NCBI GenBank assembly: GCA_028534125.1
Contig: CM052818.1
Coordinates: 20,338,001-20,402,000 of the forward strand
Source of the DNA: Lama glama
Lineage: Eukaryota
Direction of reading: 5' to 3'
DNA length: 64,000 nt
This document shows positions 14,218 to 28,100 of the stretch, piece by piece (position 1 is the stretch's first letter; each line of letters starts with the position of its first letter). The notes under the pieces were generated by a model. It did not search any database and was not told the DNA's origin. It worked only from the letters and a program-made list of their open reading frames with translations. Both the position numbers and the translations under genes were made by a program.

Positions 14218-14523
14218 TAGAGTTGCCCCTCAGCATCCCATGGGGATTGGTTCCAGGCCCCCCAACGGATACCAAAATCTGTGGATGCTCAAGTCCTTTA
14301 TATAATGCAGTCAAGTATTGCATATAATCTAGCACTTCCTCTTGCATACTCTAAATCATGTCTAGATTGCTTATAAGCACCTAATACGATGTAAAGTCTA
14401 TGTAAATAGTTGCTGGCATAACTAATTCAATTTTTGCTTTTTGGAACTTTTTTCTGAATGTTTTGCATCTGTGGTTGGTAGAATCCATGGATGTGGAGCC
14501 CGCAGAGGCAGAGGATCAACTGC
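14218..14523. mobile_element. MER2-family (Tigger/TcMar) DNA transposon relic
   Basis: ggggattggttccaggcccccc...gataccaaaatctgtggatgctcaagtcc...ggttggtagaatccatggatgtggagccc...gaggatcaactg. Confidence 0.85.
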
Positions 14524-17089
14524 ACTTCTGCTCTGGGAAGGAAGAAACCAAGATTCATGGGCATCCTTAATATTTACTGTAAGCTTTTAAAAAACAGACA
14601 AAATAATAGGTCTCTGAAAACTAACTGCCTGTTCAAAATGAGATGCCCTGGCTCTAAGGGGCTGTGAGATGAGTGTGTCAGAGGTGAGAGGAGATTATAA
14701 AAAAAAGTTTGGATTCTCTCCCATGCTAATTGCAATCAATTAGTAGGAGCTGTGAGGAGCAATTCAACTGGAATAGAACAGGATCCTATTCAGGATTCAA
14801 CAGCCATATGCTGAAGAGGGAGAATGATGGATTAGCTGCAAGACAGTCGCTGTTAAATCAGCTGATTTTAATTCCTGAAACACACACACACACGAAGGGT
14901 ACAAAGCAGTAGAAAAGTTTGTGTCAGCCTCTGATGTTTACAGTTGGTTTGGGGAGACAGGTGGTTTGTGCAGATGAATCTAACGGCTGGTCATGCTGGA
15001 TATTCCCATTGCCAAGTGAGAAGAGTCACTAATAAACAGCAAAGGAGTCTGGCTGAACTGAAGGGTTCACGGAAGGGGTGGGATGTTTGAGACCAGCAGA
15101 GGGAGATCGGATCATCAGAGAAGCGGGGCTGCGTCATCTCAGGCGATGGGAACAGACAGGAAGGCAGGAATTTGCATGGCAGTGTCCAGAAAGTGGGCAG
15201 TGAAATTGAAGAGGGCAGGCTGAGATCTGACAAAGGATTTTTTATTTTATAGGTTATGGGCAGGGTCCAAAGTCTCAGAAGAGGGTGGCAAAAGTGGGCA
15301 AGCTCTTTTGGTCTACTTGTAAAACTCCATCCAGGAGCAGTTCATTTGAAATAAAAAGGAAAATGGCTATCCCACTATAATCTGTTGCTCCTGTTAAATA
15401 GTATTTAAGAGAAATCCATTTAAATAGTCATCCCTACTCACAAGGAGCTTGCTATGTCATGTATAAGAAAGCTGCATAAAAATAGGATGCCCTACAGGTA
15501 ATGAATAAGTACAAGTCACGCACCCCAGAGAAGTTCCCATTTAGCAAAAAGGAAAAATAAAATGAAAACTTTCAGGGAAAAGACACTTACTCTGTGGATG
15601 ACAAAGATGGCAAGGACCAGAGAGTGCATGGAGCAGGAAGACAGGGACTATCCCATATCATGCAGGACCAGGAGAAACACGTGATGGACTGGGAGGGGGA
15701 AGGGGCAAATTCATTTCAGTGGGTAATTCCTTTTTGCTGGGGTACAGTTACAGTTTGCTACAGGGATGCGTTACTATAGCAGCAACCCTAGACAATGATT
15801 CCCGTAATCCTGAAGGCTGCAGCTTTTCACTTCTCCATCTCCTAATCACCTCTGGAAGATGCAATTACTTTTCAGAAGTGACACTGATGGAAGAGAAGGG
15901 ATAGCACTTCAGAACCCTCAGGGTGGGCACGGCTGGAAAAGCCCACAGGTGATTTTGATAATTTTATCTTCTGCCCTTTGAGTCACCCTCACTGCCCAGT
16001 ACCACGGCCCTGAGGGATTATAAGAGGACATGAAAAGTTTAAGTCAGACAGGCCACTAGGAAGCCCCTCCAAAGAGTCCTTGTGTGGGTTTAAAGGATGT
16101 GGGCATTAGACAAGGAGGTTTATGGCTGTGGGGCACTGGTGTTTCCTCAGCAAGTCTGCTGTGTTTCTGAGTGTATCCTTTTCTGAAAGGTTCTCCAGTG
16201 CTGTATTGTCAGTGCAAGGGGGATGCCTAGAATACTGTTCGTGTTCTAAGACAATGGAGACAGAGGTAAACATATACATTCCACCCCCAGGAATTGAGGA
16301 CCACAAAGAGGTGTCAGCTCCATCACCCCGCTCAGCCACCCAGCAGTTTTGCAAGTGAGAACTTTTCACCACTCCCTGATGAGAGGTAGCTTCACTTTCT
16401 GATGGGTTTAGTCTTTCAGCCCTGCTGTCTGGGTGGACTTTCTTCCTTACATCACAGTGAAGGCGTTGAGAAGAAAGCACAGTACAAGAAACATTACTCA
16501 AATACGCGGCTTGGGAAGGGGGCCATTATTCACGGAGCCTTCTGTTATAAGGACCCCAGCAAATCACCCTAAACGTCACTTCCTCTACTTATGTTTAAAC
16601 AGAGAGAGCGAGCGAGCTGGAGGAGTTTGATATTTTCTTACAGTTTCCTTTTTCCTGACTCTCTCTGTACAGGATGATGTAGTTGTTGACTTTAAGGCTT
16701 AGGAGTCAGCCAGCATTGTATGAAAAGCTTTCCCACCAAAAAAACCCATAACGAGACAAACTCCTTTCCATGATGTTCAAGCAATTAGCAACACATGAAC
16801 GGGCTTGCTCGTGCTCTCACTCCAGGAACTGCTCCTTCCTCCTATTGCAGGAGCCGCTCACCCTGGGATTGGTGTTCAGGGAAGGCTTTCCATTACATGG
16901 GGAGGTGGGTAGTGGGTGGGGGTGGGGTGAAGGAGATCTTCACTAATCCCATCTCCAACCCTTTGTGAAATGAAATTCCAAACCTCAGCATGGCATGCTT
17001 ATCCATAAAAAGGAGGAATAATAAAATTGCAAGAGATGTAAAAGTAAATCACACCTGCCCAGTTAGTGTGTTAGTTACGTTGTCTGAGG

Positions 17090-17312
17090 CAGCACAGAAG
17101 GCTGAGCACTAGGACAATGCCACGGACACTGCCCGAGTTCAAATCTCAGTTCTACTAGTTAGCTGTGCGATTTTGGAGAAGGCATTCTACCTCTCTGTGT
17201 CTCAGGACACACCTATCTCATAAAGCCCTTGCAAGGATTATACTATTATGTGCCAAGAGCTTTAAAAATGACTGGTATATAGTATTGCTGTAAAAATGTC
17301 ACCTGCTCTTAT
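17090..17312 (+). mobile_element. MIR
   Basis: ctgcccgagttcaaatctcagttctactagttagctgtgcga...cctctctgtgtctcag. Confidence 0.65.
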
Positions 17313-18039
17313 CTGGGGCTTACAGAAAACATCCTATAAGTGTTCGCTGCTGGTGACAGCCAGGAAAGCTATTTTCAACCAGTGGCAGGTATGGGGAAGG
17401 AAGGCACAGGACGGGGCATGTCCCCTACAGAGGATATGCCAGAATCTAGAAAGAACATGTATGCATACAGCTTAAAGCAGTTAATTTATAAGATAATCTT
17501 GCAGATGGAAAATGAAGAGAAGTCTATGGCTTTCAGAGTCTGTTACCAAATGAAATGTTTGACAACGTCTCTTAGCTATGAAACAGGATTTTAAACCAAA
17601 GTAGTGGAAACTAGGAGAGATTTCTCCCCTAATCAGAGCTGCCTGCTCAGAGAGTGAAGTTGAGCAGGGTTCCTCCTTGAGAATTCTCAACCTATGAACG
17701 GGAGGCCCCAGGCTGGGCTGAAGTGGGGGCCAGTGTTTCTGTGGGTGACCCCAAGACTTCAGCCCCCGCTTGGTCTTGGGGAGGAGGTAGGGCCTACGCA
17801 TGATCCTTCCAGCTAAACAGACCATGGGACCAGTTGCCACACTTCCTGTCCTTGAGACCAGATCTCACTGCCAAAGACAACAGGAAAGTCAAGACTTTAG
17901 TGGCAAAATAATATGCGGACACTGTCCTCAAGCTCAGTTTTTACGCCCGTGAGAATTGCTTTTTAAGAGGACACCATCATTTCAAATGTTAACATCTATG
18001 GTAGTTTGGGTACTTTCATGATCTCCTTTCATGGTCTCC

Positions 18040-18400
18040 TCTCCCCACTTTTATTATAGAATATACCTACAGAAGAATATATACAGATTTTCAAGAATAA
18101 TCAAAACAAACTTCCTGGTAACCATGATGCATCTTGACAAACAAGATGGTTACTGGTCCCCAGAAGCTCCCTGATTGCCTCCCCTCCCCCAGTCCCCACC
18201 CAAGGGTAAGTGTAATCATGGGGTGGCAATCCCTAGTAATCACTGCCTTGTTTTTCTTCGTAGTTTCATTACCTCTGTGTTTCTCTCTAAACAGTATGTT
18301 GCTTAGTTTCTCCTTTCTGGGGACTTTATAAATGCGATGCTGCAAGTATCTTTCTGGGACCTGCGCCTTTTTGGTTTTACCCTCCTTTTTCATCACCACT
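18040..18400 (-). mobile_element. Old L1 (L1ME-like) 3' fragment
   Basis: ttttattatagaa, ctctaaacagtatgttgcttagttt...actttataaatg resemble reversed L1ME 3'UTR. Confidence 0.45.
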
Positions 18401-21084
18401 CTTATGGTTGATGTCTCGGTTCTAAAGGGGTCTTTCTCTTGCCCTTTTAAAAATGCCCTTAAAAACATCGCTCAAACATTCTCCCTGAAATATCATGACA
18501 CAGCAATTGAGTCGATTCATTCTGTTCCATGGCATGGGAATTCCCTGCATGTTTTGGTAAACTGTGGCCAGTTCCTCACCTTTTTAATTCAAATATTATT
18601 TCCTTACATCAAAGTGACCTTTTGGGGAGATTTAAAGATCAAAGAAATGCATTCAAACCTTCCAAATGATAACCATCTTCCAGAAGGAGACACTTTTCCC
18701 CCAAGAACCACATTCATATTTAATATTTTTTGCACTATGTTTTTCTTCTGTGTTTCTTTCCAGTTTTGTCCAAACACTCAGACTCCTCTCTATACGTGCC
18801 CTTCCTTATCTCTTAGGTCGAAATGTCCCTTTTTATGGTATTGGGATTTGAAGTTTCACATCTTTACCTTAACCTTTGACCAATTTGTATAGATCTGCAC
18901 AAAACACTCTAACTTCGTATTTTTCCCTCCAACACAAATGCCTATTTGGATCGCATGAGATGTTTACTCTGCAAACTGTTAGTACCATTTCCTAGGGGGG
19001 AGGAAGGAGCATCTGAATGCCTGTGCTTTGTGCTGAACTTCATGTACTCAAGATTCTGGAATTAACAAGTAGCTCAAAGAGCTCAACAGAATCTACCCTT
19101 CAGGGGATGTAGCTGCCCGGGAGTCACAGGGTTTCCGAGCTGGAAGCATCCATCTATCATTTTAAGCTTTTGGAAGGACCCCGTTTGTTCCCGCCTGTGG
19201 CATCCAGTAGATACTGACTCCCTTGTGCTTACCCAGTGCCTAGGACACGGGGCTGTCTTCAGTTCCCACGGTGATGGGCTGACCCCCCTACCCCGCTCCA
19301 AGCTAATGTGGGTTAGAGCCGCAGAGATCAGCACTGGGTCAGGCAGCCGGACGGGAGGATCCGAACTACATAAATATCCAGCTCTCTCTCAGACAGGCTT
19401 TGCCCTTTGTCACATAATGACGTGACCGCACAGAGCCAATCCCACTGCCTCTAATGGGCTCTCACCACTGTGCTCCCAAAGGATGGATGAGACCCATGGT
19501 TCTTACTCCTGTGACAAAGTCCTTCATGTGTGAGAAGGGAGCCTCCTTCCCAGTTGGAGTACGCCTGCTACTCCAGCCCACTCATGGTGCTTCTTCCAAC
19601 ATTCTAAGATGATTTTTGCACCATTCATTTCTTACACAGAATCATATTTCATTATCTGGCTTACTTGTGCTAGTCTTACCTCCCTAGAGAGACAAGAAAT
19701 TCTCTGGATAACGGCTATGTCTTTTTCTATCCCAGAAGACCTGGTATTGAGCTGAAGACACACCAGGTTTTGGGAAAACCGTGGCTGTCTAAAGTTTACT
19801 AAAGCAGAACACTTCCTCTCCGACTGATGGATGCAGTCCCTGTGTCTTCCCTTCCCTGCTCCTCCTGAGCTGCTGTTTTTAATGCTTCTGGTTTTAGTTA
19901 CTCTGCTTGATACCTCTACCCCTCAGCCATTCCATTTAGCCATCCAAGTGGGTCTTGCCAACCCAAGGTGTTTCCTAGCCGATTCTTTTAAAAACATTTT
20001 TAAAAAGGAGGTGGCTTTTGTAAGGTGAACAATCACACCTCCATTTATTATTTTCTAAAGTCAGAGTTGATTTTCAAGTTTTCTTTTAGCGGACCTACTC
20101 ATACTTCTTCGTTAAGTTCTCTTTCAATTTATATACATCAGCAGATACCTCCTATCTCTCTAATAAACTCACCCTCAAAGAACTAAATTCTGGGTGGATT
20201 AGACCACGGAAGTACTTCAACATTGATGGCAATGTATTTCATTTGGTTGCACTTGTGTGTTTTTCATGTTAACTTTGGTGAATCTAGAAAGACTTGACAG
20301 GGCTTGATAAAGGAGACTGAATTTAAGTTATTACTTGACAAACAAAACCAGCGTAAGTTGGGTAAAGGCTGGAAGAAACTTTGAGAACAAAGACATCATT
20401 TTCCCCAGCGACTGCCATCCTCGGACTCTTACTGTCTGCACCTTCCATGAATCTTTCAGAGGACGAGGGAAGGCTATCATCCCCATCACCACCCGCGTCA
20501 CTCTCAATGTGTCAGACCCATACTGAGCCATTTAGCCAGAAGGCATCAGCTAGAGGAGCCAGGGCCGGGTAATGAGCTTAGCTCCCTAGCAACCCGCACA
20601 CAAGTGTTCCAGATAAAATGGATTACATACTGCTGATGAATTCCAAGTGAATATCCTATTGACTCAACAAAGGAGTTAATCTGTACCTCTTGCAACACCA
20701 CAGGGGTCAAGAGAATTCTTTTTGTCTATGATCCCTCCTGGCATTCTCCCTGGAATGTTATGGTAAAATAAAATGCTCTGATGTGGTCAAAAGTGGATAT
20801 TTCAACTTCCTATTGCCTCTGGGGGCGGGGGGAGTCCTTATAACGGGAAGAAGAGGGTCTGTTTTTCCTCCTATTTCTTTCCCAATACAATTCAGATTGC
20901 CTAAAATACTACCCACAATGAGTCATTCCCAGATGCACTGGGTAACGGGCATAAGCAGCCTGGTCACCTCACTATAGACTGGTAGGCTGCCATTTTATTT
21001 ACATCTTGGTCTCTTGAGACTGTGGTTTGTGTTCATGAATCGTCAGGAGCCTAGTCTCCTCTGGGCATTCACACAAAAGGAAGT

Positions 21085-21262
21085 TTCTGGAAGCCAACTA
21101 CCTGGGTTTGAATCCGGGATCTGCCACTTCCAGTTGTGGGACCTCTCCGGGGTCCTACCTGGGAAGGTTGATGTGAAGATTAAACGAGCTAATACACGTA
21201 AAATGCTTGACATTAAACCTGGCATGGAGCCAGTACTACACAAATTTTTGCTGTTATTATTG
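21085..21262 (+). mobile_element. MIR
   Basis: ctacctgggtttgaatccgggatctgccactt...gtgaagattaaacgagctaatacacgtaaaatgctt. Confidence 0.75.
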
Positions 21263-23319
21263 AGCCAAGGATGACCCTGAAATGGAAGGGTGACGACTAG
21301 ACCACCTGGGTGACCCATCTCCCCCTCCTCTCTTAGATTAGGACAGCAGCCTCCAAAGACAAACCACCAGGGAGGCAGTTCTGTCTAGGATGTTCCTTAC
21401 TGGAACCAGGAAACTTTCCTTCTTATACTGGGGAGTTAGCTTTAATACGTGACTCCCTTCACCCTTAGTGATAAGGAGACAAAAGGGCCAGCAAGAATTC
21501 ACTGGAACCTTGTGGACTGAAAAAAAGCATTTAGAGGAACGATGCAGAAGCCAATGTACTGGCCCCAGTTTAAGCTATGGGGCAGGCAGGCAGGCAGGCA
21601 GAAGGACAAACCACCTGACTCTCGGGGACACACAATCAGAGATGTGCTCTTTACATTAACCTGGTCACACTTTTAAATGTGTCTGACTTTATCAGTAAGA
21701 TTTAAGAGTAGATTTTATAATTAAGAAACAAAAATGGTAACAGAGCATTCATCCTCTGGTTGGGCATGGACTCCTTCTGGGAGAAAGGACGGCTCTCGGT
21801 CATCTTTGCTTGATGCCCTCCTGGTACACTTGTGAGATGACTAGATGGGTTAAGAGGTTGGCCCCTAGCTGTAGTTAAGGACAGTCTGGGCTCCGGTTAG
21901 GGGAAGGGGCTATATATTTTCTCTTTTTGAAGGTAGTGTGCCTGGGAGATCAAATCTACCAACAATGGTTTCTCAGCTCTGTTTTATGAACATGTGGCCA
22001 GCTGGTCAGAAAAGGTCATCCTCATAGACTAACAGAAGCACGGCAAAGCTCTCAGTCCAGCTTGTTGGGGGGCTCTATCTATATAAAGTATATTGAACCC
22101 ATTAGCTGGATAAGACAGAAGCTAAAATGTACTGTACCTGCTATGTGCTAGAAACTGTGCTGTGCTTTACTAAGGCCAACTGTAATACCCCTGGTAGTCC
22201 TCCTGCTGTAGGACCACTAGTCACTTCAAGTGTGTTTGAATTTAGAGCCATGACGTAGAATGCCTGCCTTGTGAACATAAAGGCATTGATCAGGGCAGGA
22301 ACATTTAATGAACTGAGCTTTGAAAAATGAACGCTAGATAGAAGCATTTTTCATTTGATTTTATCATTGTGCTTTGCTTACTCATGCATTAGCAACCAGT
22401 CAGTCTATAATGGCCCCATGAATGGTCCCCAATGAGTTGCATTTTCACAGATCTTTAGAATCAGATGTAGGAAATCTTACAGACCATGTCATCTAACTCC
22501 CCTCTCTGTGCTCTTCCCTATGTTTAATAATAAGTGAGCAAGTCAATGCCCAGAGAAATGTCTCAGCCAAGCCATCAGGGGCAGAAGTCAGAGTCAGGAC
22601 CAAAGTTTCCTGATTCACAGTGTCCTCTTTCCTGTATCCTGTGCTCCTTATAAATGGATAGGGCACACACATGACCACAAACAGCCAAATGGGATATACC
22701 CACCACCTGGCAAAATCTTCAAAGTCAAAGAATCAAGGGCCAGCAGAATTATCTGAAGTATCTGAGATCACAGGAAGAAAAAGTTCAGGTTACATGAGGA
22801 AAGCCCATTGCTGAAGCTAAATCATCTCAACAGACCAAGTAGAAGCTTCTCTCCAAAATGCCCCATGTAGATAAAATACTGGCCCACTATCGAAATTCTG
22901 TGTGGATCTAAAAATAGACATACTTTAAAAAATAAAAAGGTAAGTCCTGAAATTCAATAGATGGCACTGTGGGGAGACGAAAGGAAGGTCTGACGTCAAC
23001 CAACGAGGAAACTGGCTTTGTTTGGTGAATGGGTTAGGTAATTTGGACCTCTGGTTTTAGATTTCTAGATGAAACTTTTAATATAAATTCAATCATTATG
23101 TACCCATTGAACCGTGGGGCAGATGATACCTTAGAGGTGTGTAGGTCACTTAATCCAACTGGCCGCAATCTAACCTCTGGTTTCCAGTCAATCTGGGGTT
23201 ACACAACTGGTATTTTCTAGGGTATTAAGTGGAATACTCTACTTTCTTCATCGGTGGGCCGGCCTCCCCGGATGCAGAGGGAAAATGAATGGCCTCCAGC
23301 AATTCTTTCTTCAGAAGTT

Positions 23320-23720
23320 CTTCCCCACCGTCTTGGAGCTATTGAAATAGCCTCCTCACCAGTATCCCTGCTTTTTATTTTCCTCTTCAATCCATACCAC
23401 ACAGAGCTACCAAGCTGTGCTTCCTAAGTCATCACTTCCCATAACACCTTCAAAGAATCCTTCACTTCCAGAGTAAGTCTAAACTCCTTGTCTGGCATTG
23501 TAGGAACTCCATGGTTTTGCCAGAATCTCCTTAGGAAGTTGTCTCTCATGCTCTCCTGATAGGAGCCTGCTGTCCCAGCACAATGTGGCATCACTCTCCC
23601 TAAATCTGGGGCCAAAAAGTCAAAATCCTCCCTCCCTGAAACTTGCTGTGCCCTGCTCCTCACCCTCCCCACCATGACCATTGCCCCCAGCCCCCCGAAA
23701 GAGCACATACCTCATCCATG
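23320..23720 (+). mobile_element. L2 fragment
   Basis: aatagcctcctcaccagtatccctgct...aatccataccacacag...taagtctaaactcctt. Confidence 0.55.
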
Positions 23721-23754
23721 GTGGTCCTTCTCTCCCACAGGAGGCAAGGGTAGG

Positions 23755-23950
23755 GATCGTTGGTCTGAATCCCAGCTCCATCACTAAACTATCTGTGTGA
23801 CCCTGGCCAAGCTGCTAGGCCTCCCCAAGTCTCAGCTTCTTCCCTGGCTCAAAGAAAGGACAACACCTATGTCCCACTGGACTTGGATGAGCTTTATGAA
23901 ATTGACTCTTGCACAAGGCTTGCCCCTTAATTGGTACTCAATAAGTCTCT
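23755..23950 (+). mobile_element. MIR
   Basis: tctgaatcccagctccatcactaaactatctgtgtgaccctggccaag. Confidence 0.7.
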
Positions 23951-26900
23951 CCTGCCTCTTTATCTCATACTACCTTTATTCTAAGTTACCATTTGATGTA
24001 TATAATATCATCTGTCCTTGAACACAGAAGTCTCAGTCCCTGTTATCTCCCAATGGCATCTAATAAGGTTCTGGTACCGAACAGATTCTCATCTTCAAGT
24101 TGTTTGTCACTGGAGTAATGTCATACCTCAGTCACATTCTCTCTATTTCACTCTTTCTATGGTGGAAAACTTCTCTCGGTGAGCCAAAGTGGTTTCCATT
24201 AATGATCCAAACAAACTAGAGGCAGCACTCCCAGAGAACATGAGAAATCTAAGTTTTGAATCTGCTTCCAAAATTCCAACTCTACTTAAGTCTCAGGAAT
24301 GTGTTCACTTTAATAAAGGAAAGATATTTATAATGAAAGAAACCTTCACGAAATGACACATGCATATATAGATCAGATTATATACACAGAGAGTAAAAAT
24401 CATAGATTTACTCCAAATTGTCAGCAAAGATGCAGTGCTCTTAAACTTTTTTTTTCCCCAAAGTGAATTCTTCCTTGGAAGATTGGTGTCTTACTTGGAA
24501 TATTAACACATGAAGCAGCTGAATGTGTGACTGTTCTGGATGGAGTGGAAGGAGGAGCTTGAAGGTCTTTTCACCACAGCACACACAGGGTCTGAGTGTC
24601 CAGATGTGCGTGTGCACATACACAGCTCCCCACACACACACGGTAACTCCTGAGGCACCTGCACAGAACCTAACTCAGAAACTACAGTTTAGAAGAATCA
24701 GCAGATCATTTAGGAGGATGGGTAAATATATCCCACACTGGTGGGAAAAAAAAATCTACTAAACAAACACGTATACTTACGTATACGATGTCAAAGGAAT
24801 TTAGATCTTGTTCTACAAGATGCCAATGTCAGAGTATTTACAAGTTGTACTCAAATTTATGTTACAGAAAGAGAGAAATATAAACAGGAGGAGGAGGTTC
24901 TGCCGCACAGAGGCAAGTGCTATCTGGGCAACACTGGGCTGTGCTTTCTGGTTCACTTACTGCTAACACTAGCTCCATGTGAAGCCAAGCATTTACTGGT
25001 GACCTACAACCCTCAAACTCAGGATTTCTCTACAAGAGGCCCTAGGAGACTGTGGAACCTTAGAAATCATTTGGTTAAATATTTAGTGACAATAGAAATA
25101 GTTACAATGTACCATTTGGTGAAACAGTTTAAAGTAAGATACCACTTTTATAAATACTTATGTATAAACAGATGTGTGTTTTTAAACTGGAAACAGACAC
25201 ATCAGTATGTCAGGAATAGTCATTAGACTAATTCCTTTTTTTTTGGTCTTTGTCTGAATTTTCCAAATTTTCTACAACAAATATTCTTTGTGATAAAAAA
25301 TTAATGATTATTTTTTAAAAGCCAAGGCCAATAGCTTCTTAAGGAGAACAAAGCAATGGGTTTACCACTAAATCTCTCACAGGTGGTGTCCCCATGATGC
25401 CTGGGGCACAGTGCACAGTAGATGCTCAAGAAACCATGGCTGAATGGACAGGTGTGAGGGCCTCAGCCCGCTCCAGCCCATTTTGGATATAATCTCTGTG
25501 CCATGCCCTCTTTCTCCTCTCTTTTCTCTGGCACTTTTAGAAAACAGAAATATTTCCAAAAGTAGGCTGTAAGATCCTGCTACTCTTACCAGCTTCACAA
25601 GTATTAAATTTTTTTTTAAATTCCAACCTCATTGAGTCCAAGTACACAGAGCTGTCAACCTTAGACCCTTTCTCATGTGTGTGACAGCAAATGGGGACAA
25701 GGGAGAAGGGGTTCAGAGGTGAGGATATCTGAAGTCTAGAATTTGGACAGAAGGGAGGAGGTGGAGACAATAACAACATGTGAACCACAAGGGCTATCGG
25801 GACACCTTGATTTCAATCCAGATTCTAGTACAGATCTTGTACTAGGCCTCTCTGGGCATCGGTTTTCTCATCCATAAAAGAGAGTGACTTTACTTGTCTC
25901 AGAGACATCCTTAGGAATGTGTAGCATGGCTGATTTAAGTGAAGGCATTTGTCAAAGTAACTGTCCTATTCAAATGCAAGGTTTCCTTGGAGGTAAAGAA
26001 TTTACCTGAGGCAGCAGCATCTTGGATTAAGAGCCAACAAACACACAAGCAGGCAGTCGCAGGCAGTCACGAACGCACTCACATACGTCTCTGTCCCAGG
26101 GGCATGGGAACAGTAGTTAGTTCTGCAACCTTTCCTTTCATCATGCAGAATGCACCCTGTTATGCTTCAAGACCTGGTCCTCCACCTCGGTGAAGCCTTG
26201 CTTGGTTGTGAAAACCATGATCTCCTCTTTCTGGCTTGGATTGGGCAGCCCTGGTCTGTCTGCACAGGGACATACCCTACCCCACCACACACACTCGTTC
26301 TTTCTCTCTCTCCCTCCTTCCCTCTCTCTTTCTCCGAATCCCCATCTCTCCACAGGCCTCAGACCATCTCTCCTCAAGTGAACAGTGATGATAACCCCAC
26401 TACCTTGACAGAGGCCCTATCATAAAAGCCTTGTAATGCCCCGCAGTGATCTCCATACCGCAGGTCCTCACTGAAGACGTCTTCGTTGGCTGATTAAAAG
26501 AAATGGCACTGCTGCTCAGCCTGCTCTAGGGCAGGACGGTCTTCAGAAGTAAGGAGACAGGGTTTATTGGAGTCTGATCGCTTTGATACTTGATTCTGCC
26601 AGCGCTAAGTCTGTACCCTCGACCATGGACCTCCTTTCACTGAAATCTATTAAAATTGACTGAGGCTATCACAGTTTGAAATCTTTTACTGGCAAGCATA
26701 TTGACTTCCAAGTGGCTGTCCGATCCACAGACCACCTCACGGTGTTTAACTTCTCAATCTACTCTTGTGGGACATGCAACAAATCCAGTCAAAGCCCCTC
26801 TGACACTCAGCTGCCTCAGATGGTGTGTTCTAGTAGAAAAGAGACCTATACTCCATCCTCAACTCATTTACATTTAATCCGACATAGTCATCTCTTTCTT

Positions 26901-27824
26901 TAAATAAAATTTACAAACGACCTAATTTTTTTTTTATTTTGTTTTGCTTTCACGTTTGCTGTGCTTCAAAAGAAACTGGGCTCCTTGAAACTACAATTTT
27001 CCCCCTGCATCGTCAACACTCCCTCCCAGCAGTTCTCACCCCATGCTCACACAGCTTATTAAAACTCATCTGAAAAATGTCTCTAGTGGCTTTTTAAGGA
27101 TTTTTCCATCCCGCATTTCCCCAAGGGCAGTGAAGGGGGTCAGTGGAAGGAGATCCTCTAGCTCACCCTCTGTTTCCTTCTTAGCAACTCACACAGGCAA
27201 AGCCCTCCAGGAGCTGGCTTCCCAGGCCTGGCAGGAAATGCCACAGGGTGGGGGATGGGGACAATTAGGTAGAGACTCCTATTTTTAAAGAGGAAAAATC
27301 ATGGATGAAACTATTTAAGTCAGGTTTTGCAGGATCCAGCTGGAAGGGATGATTTCACAATGGGGATCATACCCGGCAGCTAAAAATGCCAGAGAATTTT
27401 ATCTCCTATAACTGCAAAAACAAAAGCAAAAACAAACCTACTACTCAGTGGCTCTCCCATCCCCAGCCTTCCATGGATGAATGGGAAACCAGAAGAGGCA
27501 ATTCCTGAATCACTCCTCCCCCTAAGCCCTGACCTTGCCCATAACTTTCAGAGCTTAACTGAGTGCCTAGCTCAAAGAAGCAGGCTCACAGTATTACCCT
27601 CCTCTCCCTACCAAACAACATCTGATCTCAGATTTCCCTCTTTACTTTCTACATACCCTTCCTTTCTTCCTCTCCTTCCCTGCTGTTTTTCAGCCATTGA
27701 CATTTCCTTGGAAGAAGCAGGACACAGACTGAGGTGGGAGTTCTAGTGTTGGAAAACTAGCAATGAAAATGAGATCTGGGGATACGGTCTAGGCTTCATC
27801 AGCACCTCTCTGCGTTTATCCTCT

Positions 27825-28100
27825 TCCAAATGGTACCCAGGCTTCAAGATCCAGGTTAGGTGCCACCTCTTCCAGGAAGCCTTCCCCTCTGCCTTCTGCA
27901 GAGCTTCAAATGAATCACTTACAGGGCTCCATTAGAAGAGTCATCATGCTGTAGAATATCACTCTTTGCCTGTCTCTCTCCCCACTAAACAGCAGTCTAC
28001 ACATGTTCAGAGTTGGTATGTTTTGAGCTTTGCAGCCCCAGAATTGAGCAGTGTCTAGCCTAGAACAGATGCCCAATACATACTTGTATATTCACTGAAT
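27825..28100 (+). mobile_element. L2 3' fragment
   Basis: ccacctcttccaggaagccttccc...tgtctctctccccactaaac...agcagtgtctagcctagaacagatgcccaatacatacttg. Confidence 0.65.

Noticed and set aside
18332..18892. Longest ORF in the track (186 aa, plus strand)
   Set aside because: Begins in an old L1-like fragment, has no recognisable domain and a Phe/Leu/Cys composition typical of T-rich non-coding DNA
22954..22970. Weaker CTCF-like motifs (tcaatagatggcact; also gcgcaaggtggcact near 38601)
   Set aside because: Mismatches at core CC positions; such matches are expected by chance in 64 kb
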